A stretch of 64,000 bases of DNA, from positions 512,001 to 576,000 of the forward strand of contig CAVURN010000003.1 of the NCBI GenBank assembly GCA_963743915.1. The letters are read 5' to 3'. Made by a program: the position numbers and the translations under genes. The stretch comes from an uncultured Actinomycetota bacterium. GTDB taxonomy: Bacteria; Actinomycetota; Actinomycetes; JAHEKZ01. Numbering within the stretch: position 1 is the stretch's first letter; each line of letters begins with the position of its first letter. Positions 20,997 to 30,883 of the stretch are shown here, in pieces. Under the pieces are notes generated by a model that did no database searches, was not told where the DNA came from, and saw only the letters and a program-made list of their open reading frames with translations.

Positions 20997-21668
20997 GTGT
21001 CGGCACCGGCAGGCTGGTACGACGACCCACAGAGCCCGGGGCAGCAGCGGTACTGGGACGGCCAGCAGTGGACCGAGCAGCGCCAGCCCGCCGCGAGTGT
21101 GCCCCCGCCTCCCCCGACCGCCCCGGTCACGCATACCGCTGCGGCGCCGGAGAAGAGGAGTCACACGACCCGCAACGTCATCCTGGCCGTGATCGGCGTG
21201 CTCGTCTTGCTCATGGGCGGGTGCACCATCGCGCTTGTCGCCGTCGGCGGCAACACCGTCAACGAGGCGATCGAGAAGACGAATGACGAGTTGGCCGACC
21301 CCGGCGATACCCCTGCGCCCAACGCGTCAGGCAAAGACGATCCGGAGCCGACGCAAGAACTGACAGTCAGCCAGCAGAACGCGCTGGAGTCAGCGGAGTC
21401 CTACTTGTCCTTCTCTGCCTTCAGCGAGGCCGGTCTGATCGATCAGCTGTCCTCGAAGGCCGGCGAGGGATTCCCGAAGGCGGACGCGGTTTGGGCGGTC
21501 AAGCACGTCGAGGTGGACTGGAACAAGGAGGCTGTCGAGGCCGCTAGGTCATACCTCGACTTCACGTCCTTCAGTCGCAGCGGGTTGATTCAGCAGCTAT
21601 CGTCCCCCGCCGGCGACCAGTTCACGAAGGCTCAGGCTACCTACGCGGCGAACAAGGTTGGGCTGTAA
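20997..21668 (+). CDS. DUF2510 + Ltp-family surface protein (superinfection-exclusion-like)
   Basis: PAGWYDDP..QRYWDGQQWT, TM ending MGGC, two Ltp repeats (SQQNALESAESYL..FSEAGLIDQL; DWNKEAVEAARSYL..FSRSGLIQQL). Confidence 0.85.
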   Translation: MSAPAGWYDDPQSPGQQRYWDGQQWTEQRQPAASVPPPPPTAPVTHTAAAPEKRSHTTRNVILAVIGVLVLLMGGCTIALVAVGGNTVNEAIEKTNDELADPGDTPAPNASGKDDPEPTQELTVSQQNALESAESYLSFSAFSEAGLIDQLSSKAGEGFPKADAVWAVKHVEVDWNKEAVEAARSYLDFTSFSRSGLIQQLSSPAGDQFTKAQATYAANKVGL

Positions 21669-21739
21669 GGGTCTTCCGTTCGTGCCGGGGGTGCCTGCCG
21701 TGGTGCAGACCCAGCCCGGCGCACGCGAATGGGTGTCTG

Positions 21740-21830
21740 GTTCCGGCTGATGCGTGACGTCTTGGCTCCGGCTGTCGGGTGACATGGCTTCGCCTGATGG
21801 GTTACAGCTGTTTCGGTTGATGGGTGACAC
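21740..21830 (+). repeat. Second copy of IS481-like repeat array (units 5-8)
   Basis: 91-bp direct repeat of 20758-20848, 4 mismatches by manual alignment. Confidence 0.85.
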
Positions 21831-21872
21831 ACCCTGGACGAGGGAGCCAGTCCGCCGGCTGGACGCCTGGCG

Positions 21873-24047
21873 TCATCCGACGACGCCGGCGGGAACGGGT
21901 TCCAGCGACTGGGGGTGCTCCCTCCGACCCTCGATGTCGAAGGTCGGAAGCACCCGGCCCATCCAGTCGGGCAGCCACCAGTTGGCGTCGCCCAGCAGCT
22001 TCATGGTCGCCGGCACGAGGACGAGGCGCACCACCGTGGCGTCGAGGAAGATCGCGGTGGCCAGGCCCAGTCCCATCATCTTGATTCCCGGGTCATCGCC
22101 GAGCATGAAGGCGAAGAAGACCGCGATCATGATGAGCGCAGCGCTCGTGATCACTCGGCCGGTACGCGCGATGGCTTGGACGACCGATGCCTCGTTGTCC
22201 CCCGTCAGCTGGTACTCCTCCCGGACCCTGCTGAGCAGGAAGACCTCGTAGTCCATCGAGAGTCCGAACAGGATCGCGAACATCAGCATCGGGATGAACG
22301 CGATGACCGGAACGGTCTCCTGCAGTCCGATGAGGTCCTTGCCCCACCCCCACTGGAAGACCATGACGAGGACGCCGTAGGCAGCGCCGATGCTGAGCAG
22401 GTTCATGAGCGCCGCCTTGAGCGGCACCAGCACCGAGCGGAAGACGACCGTGAGCAGCAGGAAGGAGAGCAGCACGACGGCGGCGATGAACCACGGAAGC
22501 CGGTCACCGACCCGACCGCCCAGGTCACCCCAGGTCGCGGTCTGCCCACCGACATGCGCGGAGGCTGTGCTGTCGGCCAGCACCTCCGGGAAGACCTCGG
22601 TGCGGAGCCGCTCGACGGTTTCCATGGTCGCTGCATCCTGCGGAGGGGTGGACGGAAGGGCGACGAGGGTGGCCACCTGCCCATCTCCGCTCAGCTCGGC
22701 CGGTGCCACCGAGGCGACTCCGGGGTCAGCGGCGACAGCTGCGGCCAAGGGCTCGAGGACGCCGGGGTCGGACGAGACGTCGACGGCGATGACCAACGGC
22801 CCGTTGACCCCGGCACCGAAGCCGTCGGCGAGCAGGTCGTAGGCCTGACGCTCGGTACGACTCTCGGGCAGCGCTCCCTCATCCGGAAACCCCAGACGCA
22901 GCGACAGCGCGGGGGCGGCGAGGGCGACGAGCAGTGCTGTCCCGCCGACCGCGTAGACCCAGGCGTGCCCCGACACATGACGACCCCACCGTTGCCACGT
23001 CCGGTCGGCGACGTGAGCCCCCTGACGTTGCCGGCGCCCGGACCGCAGGCCGTTGATCCGGTGGCCGGCCAGCCCCAACAGAGCGGGGAGCAGGGTGACG
23101 GCGGCCACCACCATCGTGCCGACGACGACCGAGACCGCGATGCCGGTCGCCGTCATGAACGGGATGCCCGAGACCGCCAGGCCGAGGATCGCGATGACCA
23201 CCACGCCGCCGGCGAAGATCACCGACTGACCGGCGGTCGCCACGGCCCGTCCAGCAGCCTCCGGCACGTCGAGACCCTCGGCGAGGTACTCCCGATGGCG
23301 GGTGACCACGAAGAGCGCGTAGTCGATCCCGACGCCCAGGCCGACCATCGCTCCCACCACGGGGGCGAAGCTCGGGATGTCGACCAGGTAGGTGATGAGG
23401 GACAGACCGCTGACGCTCACGGTCAGCCCCACGAGGGCGATGCCGATCGGCAGGCCCATGGCCAGCACCGACCCGAAGGCGACCAGCAGGATGACGACCG
23501 CAGCCAGCAGACCGATCGCCTCACCCACGCCCGTCGGCGCCTCCTCGAAGGCGAAGAACAGGTCACCACTCGCCTCCACCTGCAGCAGCGAGCCGGCGGG
23601 GCTGTCGGTCACCAGCTCTTTCAGGTTCTCCAGATCCACCGGGTCCAGCTGCTCCACGACGGGGTACTGCACCCGGATCAGCGCGACCCGGCCGTCAGGA
23701 GACACCGTCCGAGTCGTCCCGAGCACCTGCGGCAGGTCCGCCAGCTCTGCCTCGAGCTCATCGGTCGCTGAGCGTCCGGCGGACGCCACGTCCAGCCGGG
23801 TGTCGTCATCTCGAGGGGTGACGACGACCTGGGCGGTCAGCCCGGCCCGATCGGACTCGGCGGCCACCTGAAGATCCACCGCCTGCTGGGAGTCAAGGCC
23901 CGGCACCACGAACGAGTCCTCGAGCTCTCGACCGAAGCCGGTCGACCCGGCCAGTACGGCAACGACCACGACCAGCCAGACCGCGATCACCCGCCACGGA
24001 CGCATCGCCGCCACTCGACCCCACCGGTACAACAGACCTGACATCAC
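21873..24047 (-). CDS. MMPL family RND transporter
   Basis: GVGIDYALF, GLSMDYEVFL, DATVVRLVLVPA, NWWLP. Confidence 0.93.
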   Translation of the reverse strand: MMSGLLYRWGRVAAMRPWRVIAVWLVVVVAVLAGSTGFGRELEDSFVVPGLDSQQAVDLQVAAESDRAGLTAQVVVTPRDDDTRLDVASAGRSATDELEAELADLPQVLGTTRTVSPDGRVALIRVQYPVVEQLDPVDLENLKELVTDSPAGSLLQVEASGDLFFAFEEAPTGVGEAIGLLAAVVILLVAFGSVLAMGLPIGIALVGLTVSVSGLSLITYLVDIPSFAPVVGAMVGLGVGIDYALFVVTRHREYLAEGLDVPEAAGRAVATAGQSVIFAGGVVVIAILGLAVSGIPFMTATGIAVSVVVGTMVVAAVTLLPALLGLAGHRINGLRSGRRQRQGAHVADRTWQRWGRHVSGHAWVYAVGGTALLVALAAPALSLRLGFPDEGALPESRTERQAYDLLADGFGAGVNGPLVIAVDVSSDPGVLEPLAAAVAADPGVASVAPAELSGDGQVATLVALPSTPPQDAATMETVERLRTEVFPEVLADSTASAHVGGQTATWGDLGGRVGDRLPWFIAAVVLLSFLLLTVVFRSVLVPLKAALMNLLSIGAAYGVLVMVFQWGWGKDLIGLQETVPVIAFIPMLMFAILFGLSMDYEVFLLSRVREEYQLTGDNEASVVQAIARTGRVITSAALIMIAVFFAFMLGDDPGIKMMGLGLATAIFLDATVVRLVLVPATMKLLGDANWWLPDWMGRVLPTFDIEGRREHPQSLEPVPAGVVG

Positions 24048-24219
24048 CGCTCCTCGAGGTTGCGCGTCGTCGGCGTCGTCACCGAGACACCTCGAGCGTC
24101 GCCAGGAATCGGAGCGCGGGCATCGGTCAGTGGGCGCGAGCTGTCCCGGCCTATCCGCCAGGACACGTCTCGAACTTTCGGCCGAGTCGGTGAAGCGCGC
24201 GCACCCCTACTGTGATCGC

Positions 24220-25365
24220 GTGCTGTCAGAGACCTTTCGCTCGCTGTGGGACGAACCTCGCGCCCCCGGCGCTCCCGCGCGCGTGTGGCGCGACTGGGTG
24301 CTGGTCGGGCTCCTGTCCCTGTCGGCGCTGCTCGAGGGGACGTTCCGCAGCGACGTGCTGTGGCGTCCCGTGGCACTGGTCCTGGCGCTGACCCTGGTGT
24401 GGACGCTGCTGTGGCGTCGGACGCACCCGCTGCTGATGCTGGCGATCGCCTTCGTACCTCTGACGCTGCTGTCCGTGGCATCCCTGCTCACCGGGGTCGC
24501 GCCCGTGGGCCTGTACACGAACGGGTTCATCCTGCTGCTCCCCTACGCACTGCTGCGCTGGGGCAGCGGTCGAGATGCGTTGCTCGGTCTGCCCCTGATC
24601 GTGACGACATACGTCCTGGGGATCGCTGCCGACTACACGAACGTCGGGGAGTCCGTCGCCGGCCTGCTGTTCGGCCTGTTCCCCGCGGTTCTCGGCGTCC
24701 TGGTGCGGCTGCAGTCCCAGACGCACGCGCAGGAGAAGGAGCAGGTCAAGCTGCGTGAGCGCGAACAGCTCGCACGCGACCTGCACGACACCGTGGCACA
24801 CCACGTGTCGGCCATCGCCGTCCGCGCGCAAGCCGGCCGCTACGTGGCCGCCACCGACCCAGAGCGCGCCATCGACTCGCTGCGGGTCATCGAGGAGGAG
24901 GCGTCGCGGGCCCTCAGCGAGATGCGCGTGATGGTGGGTGCACTGCGCAACGGTGAGGACGCCGACCTGGCCCCGCAACGCGGCATTCGCGACATCCCGC
25001 ACCTCGCGCACGACGACCACTCTCCCGTTGTCGCCGTACACATCGCGGGCTCCCTGGATGACCTCAGCTCGGCAGTCGACGGAGCCGTGTATCGGATGGC
25101 CCAGGAGTCGATCACCAATGCACTTCGCCACGCGCGCGACGCCACGCGCATCGATGTCCGCGTCCACGCGGGTGAGAGTGACATCGGTCTGACGGTCATC
25201 GACGACGGTGCACCGTCGACGACGCCCTCCGACCGACAGGGGTACGGCTTGCTGGGGATGCGTGAGCGCGCGGCGCTGCTCGGCGGGACCTTCGAGGCCG
25301 GCCCGCAGCGTGACCGAGGCTGGCGGGTCACCGCAGTCCTTCCTCGCGCCGGGGGTTATGCATGA
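24220..25365 (+). CDS. Sensor histidine kinase (HisKA_3)
   Basis: REQLARDLHDTVAH, QESITNALRH, GYGLLGMRER. Confidence 0.92.
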   Translation: MLSETFRSLWDEPRAPGAPARVWRDWVLVGLLSLSALLEGTFRSDVLWRPVALVLALTLVWTLLWRRTHPLLMLAIAFVPLTLLSVASLLTGVAPVGLYTNGFILLLPYALLRWGSGRDALLGLPLIVTTYVLGIAADYTNVGESVAGLLFGLFPAVLGVLVRLQSQTHAQEKEQVKLREREQLARDLHDTVAHHVSAIAVRAQAGRYVAATDPERAIDSLRVIEEEASRALSEMRVMVGALRNGEDADLAPQRGIRDIPHLAHDDHSPVVAVHIAGSLDDLSSAVDGAVYRMAQESITNALRHARDATRIDVRVHAGESDIGLTVIDDGAPSTTPSDRQGYGLLGMRERAALLGGTFEAGPQRDRGWRVTAVLPRAGGYA

Positions 25366-26015
25366 CGATCCGGGTGCTGGTCGCCGACGATCAGGAGATC
25401 GTCCGTGCCGGGCTGGCGATGATCCTCGACGCACACCCGGACATCGAGGTCGTGGGGCAGGCCGCTGACGGGCGAGCAGCGGTCGAGCTCGCCCGTGAGC
25501 TGCGTCCGGACGTCTGCCTGTTCGACATCCGGATGCCGGAGATGGACGGCCTCGAGGCCACGCGTCAGCTGGCCGGTCCCGAGGTCGCAGAACCGATGGC
25601 GGTCGTGGTCATCACCACGTTCGACCTCGATGAGTACGTGCACGGAGCGCTCAAGGCCGGTGCGCGCGGCTTCCTGCTCAAGGACGCCGGACCCGAGCTG
25701 CTCGTCCAGGCGGTGCAGGCCGCCGCCAACGGAGACGCGCTGATCGCCCCCAACATCACCATCCGGCTGCTCGCCGCCTTCAGCGAGTCGACGGGTCGAC
25801 CCCCCGCCCAACCGATCGCCCCGCTGACCGACCGCGAGGAGGACGTGCTCCTCACCGTCGCCCGCGGACGCACGAACTCAGAGATCGCCGACGAGCTGCA
25901 CATCAGTCTGAGCACGGTGAAGACGCACCTCACCGCCCTGATGAACAAGCTCGGGGCACGCAACCGGGTGGAGCTGGCGATGTGGGCCTACGAGACGGGC
26001 CGGATCAAGCGCTGA
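25362..26015 (+). CDS. NarL/LuxR family response regulator
   Basis: VADDQ, DIRMP, LTDREEDV..TVKTH. Confidence 0.94.
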   Translation: MTIRVLVADDQEIVRAGLAMILDAHPDIEVVGQAADGRAAVELARELRPDVCLFDIRMPEMDGLEATRQLAGPEVAEPMAVVVITTFDLDEYVHGALKAGARGFLLKDAGPELLVQAVQAAANGDALIAPNITIRLLAAFSESTGRPPAQPIAPLTDREEDVLLTVARGRTNSEIADELHISLSTVKTHLTALMNKLGARNRVELAMWAYETGRIKR

Positions 26016-26016
26016 A

Positions 26017-26430
26017 TCAGCTCAGTCGATGCCAGACAGTTCCCGAGTCATCGGTCAAGGTGTCGCTACCCGCGTGGTACCTGAAGAGAATGGGTCCGAC
26101 CAGTCCAGTGGTCGGCCCCCTGCCCGAGCCGGGGCACGTGATGGTGAAGAAGAACGTCATCGTCGTGCCGGTCACCGAACCGCGTCCTTGGACGCCGGCG
26201 GGCGCATCGGCGCACGCCTGTGATGCCGCCGTGTCGAAAAGGCGGACACCGTGCATCCCCTCAGTTCCAGCTCCGCGCACTGCCAGGGTCTGGTAGCTCC
26301 CGTCCCCGATGTCATAGGACTCCCACGTCCCGGCGAACGAGTCTGACGCGAGAGCGGCGGCAGGTTGGCCCGCCATCATCAAGGCGGAGAGGGTGAGTAG
26401 TGCGGCAAGAGCGCCCGCGGTCTTTCGCAT
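26017..26430 (-). CDS. Secreted hypothetical protein
   Basis: Signal peptide MRKTAGALAALL..AAALA; AAGGA RBS; two Cys. Confidence 0.7.
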   Translation of the reverse strand: MRKTAGALAALLTLSALMMAGQPAAALASDSFAGTWESYDIGDGSYQTLAVRGAGTEGMHGVRLFDTAASQACADAPAGVQGRGSVTGTTMTFFFTITCPGSGRGPTTGLVGPILFRYHAGSDTLTDDSGTVWHRLS

Positions 26431-26815
26431 GGCACTGTCCTTTCGATCGGGAGTGGTGCAAGCCCTGCCCCGAGCACTCACACGGTGCTCCCAGCCGCTG
26501 TCAGGGCGCCATAGCTATTTGTTGCCGGTCTCGTCGGCCCCCGGGGTGTACCCATAGCCATGCGGACGTCAGGTGCCGTTCGCCGCCTGCCACGGCGGAA
26601 GCCAGGTCAACCGCCGCCCTCGTCGATCCATGCGCGGGTCGATGTCACGTCCGCGTGGCACCTCTGCTGCTCGGCGAAGGTCCGCTCGGAGGTCGTCCCA
26701 GCCGGCGTCGAACTGCCCGCGGTAGCGGTCGGCCACTCGAGCGGCACGTGGTGCGGCGCGTGCCTAGCGTGGAGCCGCACGCGATCGCGTCTCGGTGCCC
26801 GGAGGAGCACGTCGG

Positions 26816-28048
26816 TCAATGGGTCTCGGCGACCCAGTCGGCGAGCGCCAGGCACATCGCCTCTGCGAGTCCACCCAGCGCACGGTCGACCGCATCTGGC
26901 TGCGAGGACATACGAGCCACGACCGTGCCGGTGTGATCGTCGACGAGGACCTGTTGGCCGTGGATCCCGAAACCCCGACCTGGCCCCACGGTCCGGGTCG
27001 ATCACCCACCACTTGTCACGGTAGTAGGCGGAGTCGGGCATCCCTTCGCGCTCGGAGTCGAACTGTGCTGCGAGCCCGGGGTTGTGCCCGACGACACGGG
27101 ACACCCACGCGTCGGACACGACCCTGCGCCCGTCCGCCGAGCCACGGTGCAGGTGCAGCAAGCCGTAGCGGGCGAGGTCTCCCAGGGTCACGCAGAAGCC
27201 GCCATCGACAAGGGCAAAGCCGGCAGGGCCGAGAACCAGGTCGGCATCGTGCTCAGCCCCCATCGGCTGCCACACCGCGCGTGCGAATGACTGTGCCAGG
27301 GGCTCACCGGTGACTCGCTCGATCACCCAGCCGAGCACGTCGGTCAGGATCGACCGGTACTCGTACTCGTGGCCATGGGGAGCCTGCGGCGACATCCGGG
27401 CGATGTACTCGTGTGGTGTCGGGTCGTCGTCGTGGCGCGGCATCCACCCGACGGCCCGGAAACCGCGCCACGACTCGCTGTCCTCATCGGCGTAGTCGGA
27501 CTCGTCGAACGTCACGCCCAGCCCGCATGTCGAGCAGGTGCGCCACCGTGCACCCTTCCCACACCGTTCCGCTGAGCTCGGGGACGACGTCGGTGACCAG
27601 CGTGTCGTCGGTGAGGCTGCCCTGGTCCCAGAGCACTCCCGCCAGGGTCGAGGTCAATGACTTGGACACCGACTGCAGCAGATGACGCGTCCGACGTGTC
27701 ATTCCGTTGGCATAGCGCTCGACCACTGACCGCGCCGTCGTGGACGACCATGAGGCCGTCGACGTAGGTGGTGTCGATGAGCTCGTCGAGTGTCCAGGAT
27801 CGGCCGGCGTGCTCGAGCCGGAAGGCCGAGGTGTCCAACGCCTTGGTCGGCAGCTCCCACACCGGGCCGTTGCCCCGGTCCACGAGCGCGGTCGGCACGA
27901 TTTCGCGGGTGTGCTGGAAGGACCAGCGCAGATACGGGAACGTGCTCCAGTTCTCGAAGTCGACCACCTTGTTGCTCGGTGGCGGTGACCCCGCCATCAG
28001 GCCGAGGTCGGCGGCTGTCGGGGGCACGGTGGGGTGCAGGTCGGTCAT
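26816..28048 (-). CDS. Serine hydrolase, beta-lactamase/NylB-like; several frameshifts
   Basis: RWSFQH, QSVSKS (SxxK), HLLDM, YEYRS, GIHGQ. Confidence 0.82.
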
Positions 28049-28117
28049 CGGATGAGCGTAGGGCGCGGCTCAGCCGGGCGGCGGGTGGAGTTGCGTGCGT
28101 CGCCCGTCCTCCCTACC

Positions 28118-28225
28118 CTGATCGTGCGGGGAGTACCTCGCGAATTGCGTTTCGTCATTTCGACGGTCAGTGCCGTCCGGGACGCACCCCGGCTCACGCC
28201 GGGTGAGGGAGACCGAAAGCTCACG
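28118..28225 (+). ncRNA. yybP-ykoY (Mn2+) riboswitch
   Basis: GGGGAGTAC...CGTCATTT...GAGACC directly upstream of a TerC/Alx gene. Confidence 0.72.
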
Positions 28226-28260
28226 GCTGCGGCCGTGACCGGTCTCGAAGGGGTACGTCC

Positions 28261-29280
28261 GTGGACGTCTCACTGCTCGCCTGGGCGCTGGTGCTCGGCG
28301 CCATTCTCCTGATGCTCGCCGTCGACCTGTTCCTGCACAGGGACGCGCACGTCATCTCGGTCCGTGAGGCCGCGGTGTGGAGCGGGATCTGGGTCACGGT
28401 CGGTGTGGCCGCCGGCATCGTGATCTGGACGACGTACGGCGCCGAGTTCGGTCAGCAGTACTTCGCCGGGTACTTGATCGAGAAGTCCCTCGCGGTCGAC
28501 AACGTCTTCGTCTGGGCCATCATCTTCACGTACTTCGCGGTGCCGCGGCGCTACCAGCACCGCGTGCTCTTCTACGGCGTCCTCGGTGCGCTGGTCTTCC
28601 GCGCGATCTTCATCGCCGCCGGGTCGACGCTGATCGCGTCCTTCAGCTGGATCCTGTACGTCTTCGCGGCATTCCTGCTCTACACGGGCTACCGGATGCT
28701 GCGCACGCGCAACTCCCACTTCGACCCGGCTCGCTCACGCGCCTACCTGCTCTTCCGGCGTCTGGTCCCGATGGTGGACGAGTACCGAGGGCGCAGGTTC
28801 GTGGTGAAGCAGGCAGGGAAGTGGGTGGCCACCCCGCTGCTGGCCGTGCTGGTGATCGTGGAGGTGACGGACATCGTCTTCGCCGTCGACTCGATCCCGG
28901 CGATCTTCGCGGTGACCAGTGAGCCGTTCCTCGTCTTCACGGCCAACGCGTTCGCGATCCTCGGTCTGCGGGCCATGTACTTCCTGCTCGCTGACCTGAT
29001 CCACCGGTTCGTCTACCTGAAGGCCGGACTCGCCCTGGTGCTGATGTGGGTGGGCGTCAAGATGCTGCTGAAGATCGACGTCGTCTACATCCCCACCACG
29101 ATCTCGCTCGCCGTCGTGGCCACGATCATCACCGCCTCGATCGTCCTGAGCCTGCGGGCGACCCGCGGGCAGGGTCGTCGTCCGGTGGAGTCGGTCAAGG
29201 GCCCCTTCACGGTGCTGGACGAGGAGGGCCGCCCGGTCGTCGAGGAGGATGCGCTGCCCGGGAGCCGGAGTTCCGCATGA
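28261..29280 (+). CDS. TerC/Alx family metal homeostasis membrane protein
   Basis: EKSLAVDNVF, QHRVLFYG, DIVFAVDSIPA, ILGLRAMYF. Confidence 0.93.
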   Translation: MDVSLLAWALVLGAILLMLAVDLFLHRDAHVISVREAAVWSGIWVTVGVAAGIVIWTTYGAEFGQQYFAGYLIEKSLAVDNVFVWAIIFTYFAVPRRYQHRVLFYGVLGALVFRAIFIAAGSTLIASFSWILYVFAAFLLYTGYRMLRTRNSHFDPARSRAYLLFRRLVPMVDEYRGRRFVVKQAGKWVATPLLAVLVIVEVTDIVFAVDSIPAIFAVTSEPFLVFTANAFAILGLRAMYFLLADLIHRFVYLKAGLALVLMWVGVKMLLKIDVVYIPTTISLAVVATIITASIVLSLRATRGQGRRPVESVKGPFTVLDEEGRPVVEEDALPGSRSSA

Positions 29281-30120
29281 CCGCGGGACACCGGGACGGG
29301 CGCCTGGCGCGGCTCGTCGACTCGGGGCGGTTCAACGGGGTCATCGCCGGGGTGATCGTCGCCAATGCGGTCGTCCTGGGGCTGGAGACGTATCCCGGGG
29401 TCATGGCCGCGCACGGTTCGCTGCTGATCAGCCTCAACGCGCTCTTCTACGGCGTGTTCGTCGTCGAGCTGGTGCTGCGCCTGGCCTCCTACGGCCGACG
29501 GCCGCAGGACTTCTTCCGCAGCGGGTGGAACGTCTTCGACCTGGTGATCATCGGCGCGGCGGCGCTCCCCGTCGTCCGGGAGCAGACGCAGCTGCTGCGA
29601 CTGCTCAGACTGGCCCGGGTCGTCCGGCTGGTGCGTTTCCTGCCGGACGCGCGCATCCTGATCCTGACCGTGGTGAAGTCACTGCCCTCGGTCTTCAGCA
29701 CCTTGGTGCTGACGTTCGTGCTCATGTTCGTCTACGGGATGACCGGCTGGTCCTTGTTCGGGCAGGCGTTGCCGGAGACCTGGGGGACCATCGGTCAGTC
29801 GATGGTGACCCTCTTCATCCTGCTGACGCTGGAGAACTTCCCCACGTACCTGTCCGAGGCCGAGGCGGTGAGCCCGTTCGCGCAGCTGTTCTTCATCTCG
29901 TACGTCGTGCTGGCCGCGTTCATCGTCTTCAACCTGTTGATCGGCATCGTGATCGCCTCGATGGAGAAGGCCCGGCAGCACGAGGCGGAGGAACGCCCAC
30001 GTGCGCCGGATGCCCACCTCGTCGACCGCATCTCCGAGATCCAGACGTCCCTTCGGGAGCTCCAGTTCGAGCTGTCCCGACGGACCGCGACACCGGCAGA
30101 CGGCGAGGCTGCGGTGCGTC
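29277..30120 (+). CDS. Voltage-gated (BacNav-like) ion channel; 3' end approximate, no nearby stop
   Basis: GWNVFD, S4 RLLRLARVVRLVR, pore TLENFPT, FNLLIGIVI, coiled-coil tail; ATGA overlap with terC. Confidence 0.82.
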
Positions 30121-30149
30121 CGGAAGTCCAGGGCTCGAGGTGCCCTGGC

Positions 30150-30383
30150 CGGCCCGACCAGCGTTGCGCTCGAGTCGATCGAGGGATCGAACTCCAGCAG
30201 GTCGCCGGGCTGGCATTCGAGAACTCGGCACATCGCCTCCAGCGTGCTGAAGCGGACGGCCTTCGCACGACCGTTCTTCAGCACGGCCACGTTGGCCGGT
30301 GTCAGCCCCACACGCTCGGCGAACTCACCCACGCTCATCTTGCGTTTGGCCAGCTCGACGTCGAGCCGCACGACGATGGCCAT
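30150..30383 (-). CDS. XRE/YozG-like HTH regulator; 3' end approximate
   Basis: LKNGRAKAVRFSTLEAMCRVLECQPGDLL; coupled to DUF2975 gene. Confidence 0.85.
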
Positions 30384-30862
30384 CAGATCACCGCTTCCAT
30401 GTCGGTGCGCAACACCGTCGCCCTGCGCAACAGGGCGCGCATGACGACCATGAGCAGTCCGAGAACCGTGACCGCGGTGAGCAGGAGCAACAGCAGCATC
30501 GGGGCACCCGGATCGTCGGCTTGGGACACGACGAAGAGGAAGAGTCCGAGAAGAGTGGCCCAGGCGGCGGCTATCGACCAGACGATCGCGTCCACCCAGC
30601 GGAGCGACGGTTCGCTGAAGATGCGGTCGTCCTGGACCCGCGTGAGGAGCTTCCAGGTCGCCACGATCACGACCTGTATGCAGAGGATGAGAAAGACCGC
30701 CACCGCGGTCAGGGGCCACCGCAGATGCGCGTCCTGCGGAGACTCCTCCGCCATGTACCGGAACTGACCCGGCATCGACAGGGTCTGGAAGACGACGAGG
30801 ATGCCGAACAGCACGACCAGGAACACTCTCAGGGCCGCGACGGCCCACCGTTCAGGAATCAT
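30383..30862 (-). CDS. DUF2975 membrane protein
   Basis: Four TM segments, IFSEPSLRWVD, LRTDMEAVI C-terminus. Confidence 0.85.
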   Translation of the reverse strand: MIPERWAVAALRVFLVVLFGILVVFQTLSMPGQFRYMAEESPQDAHLRWPLTAVAVFLILCIQVVIVATWKLLTRVQDDRIFSEPSLRWVDAIVWSIAAAWATLLGLFLFVVSQADDPGAPMLLLLLLTAVTVLGLLMVVMRALLRRATVLRTDMEAVI

Positions 30863-30883
30863 TCATCGAATATCGCTGGCAAT

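Noticed and set aside
26431-26815. Possible small gene or remnant between the secreted protein and the serine hydrolase
   Set aside because: No recognisable motif, RBS or consistent codon bias.
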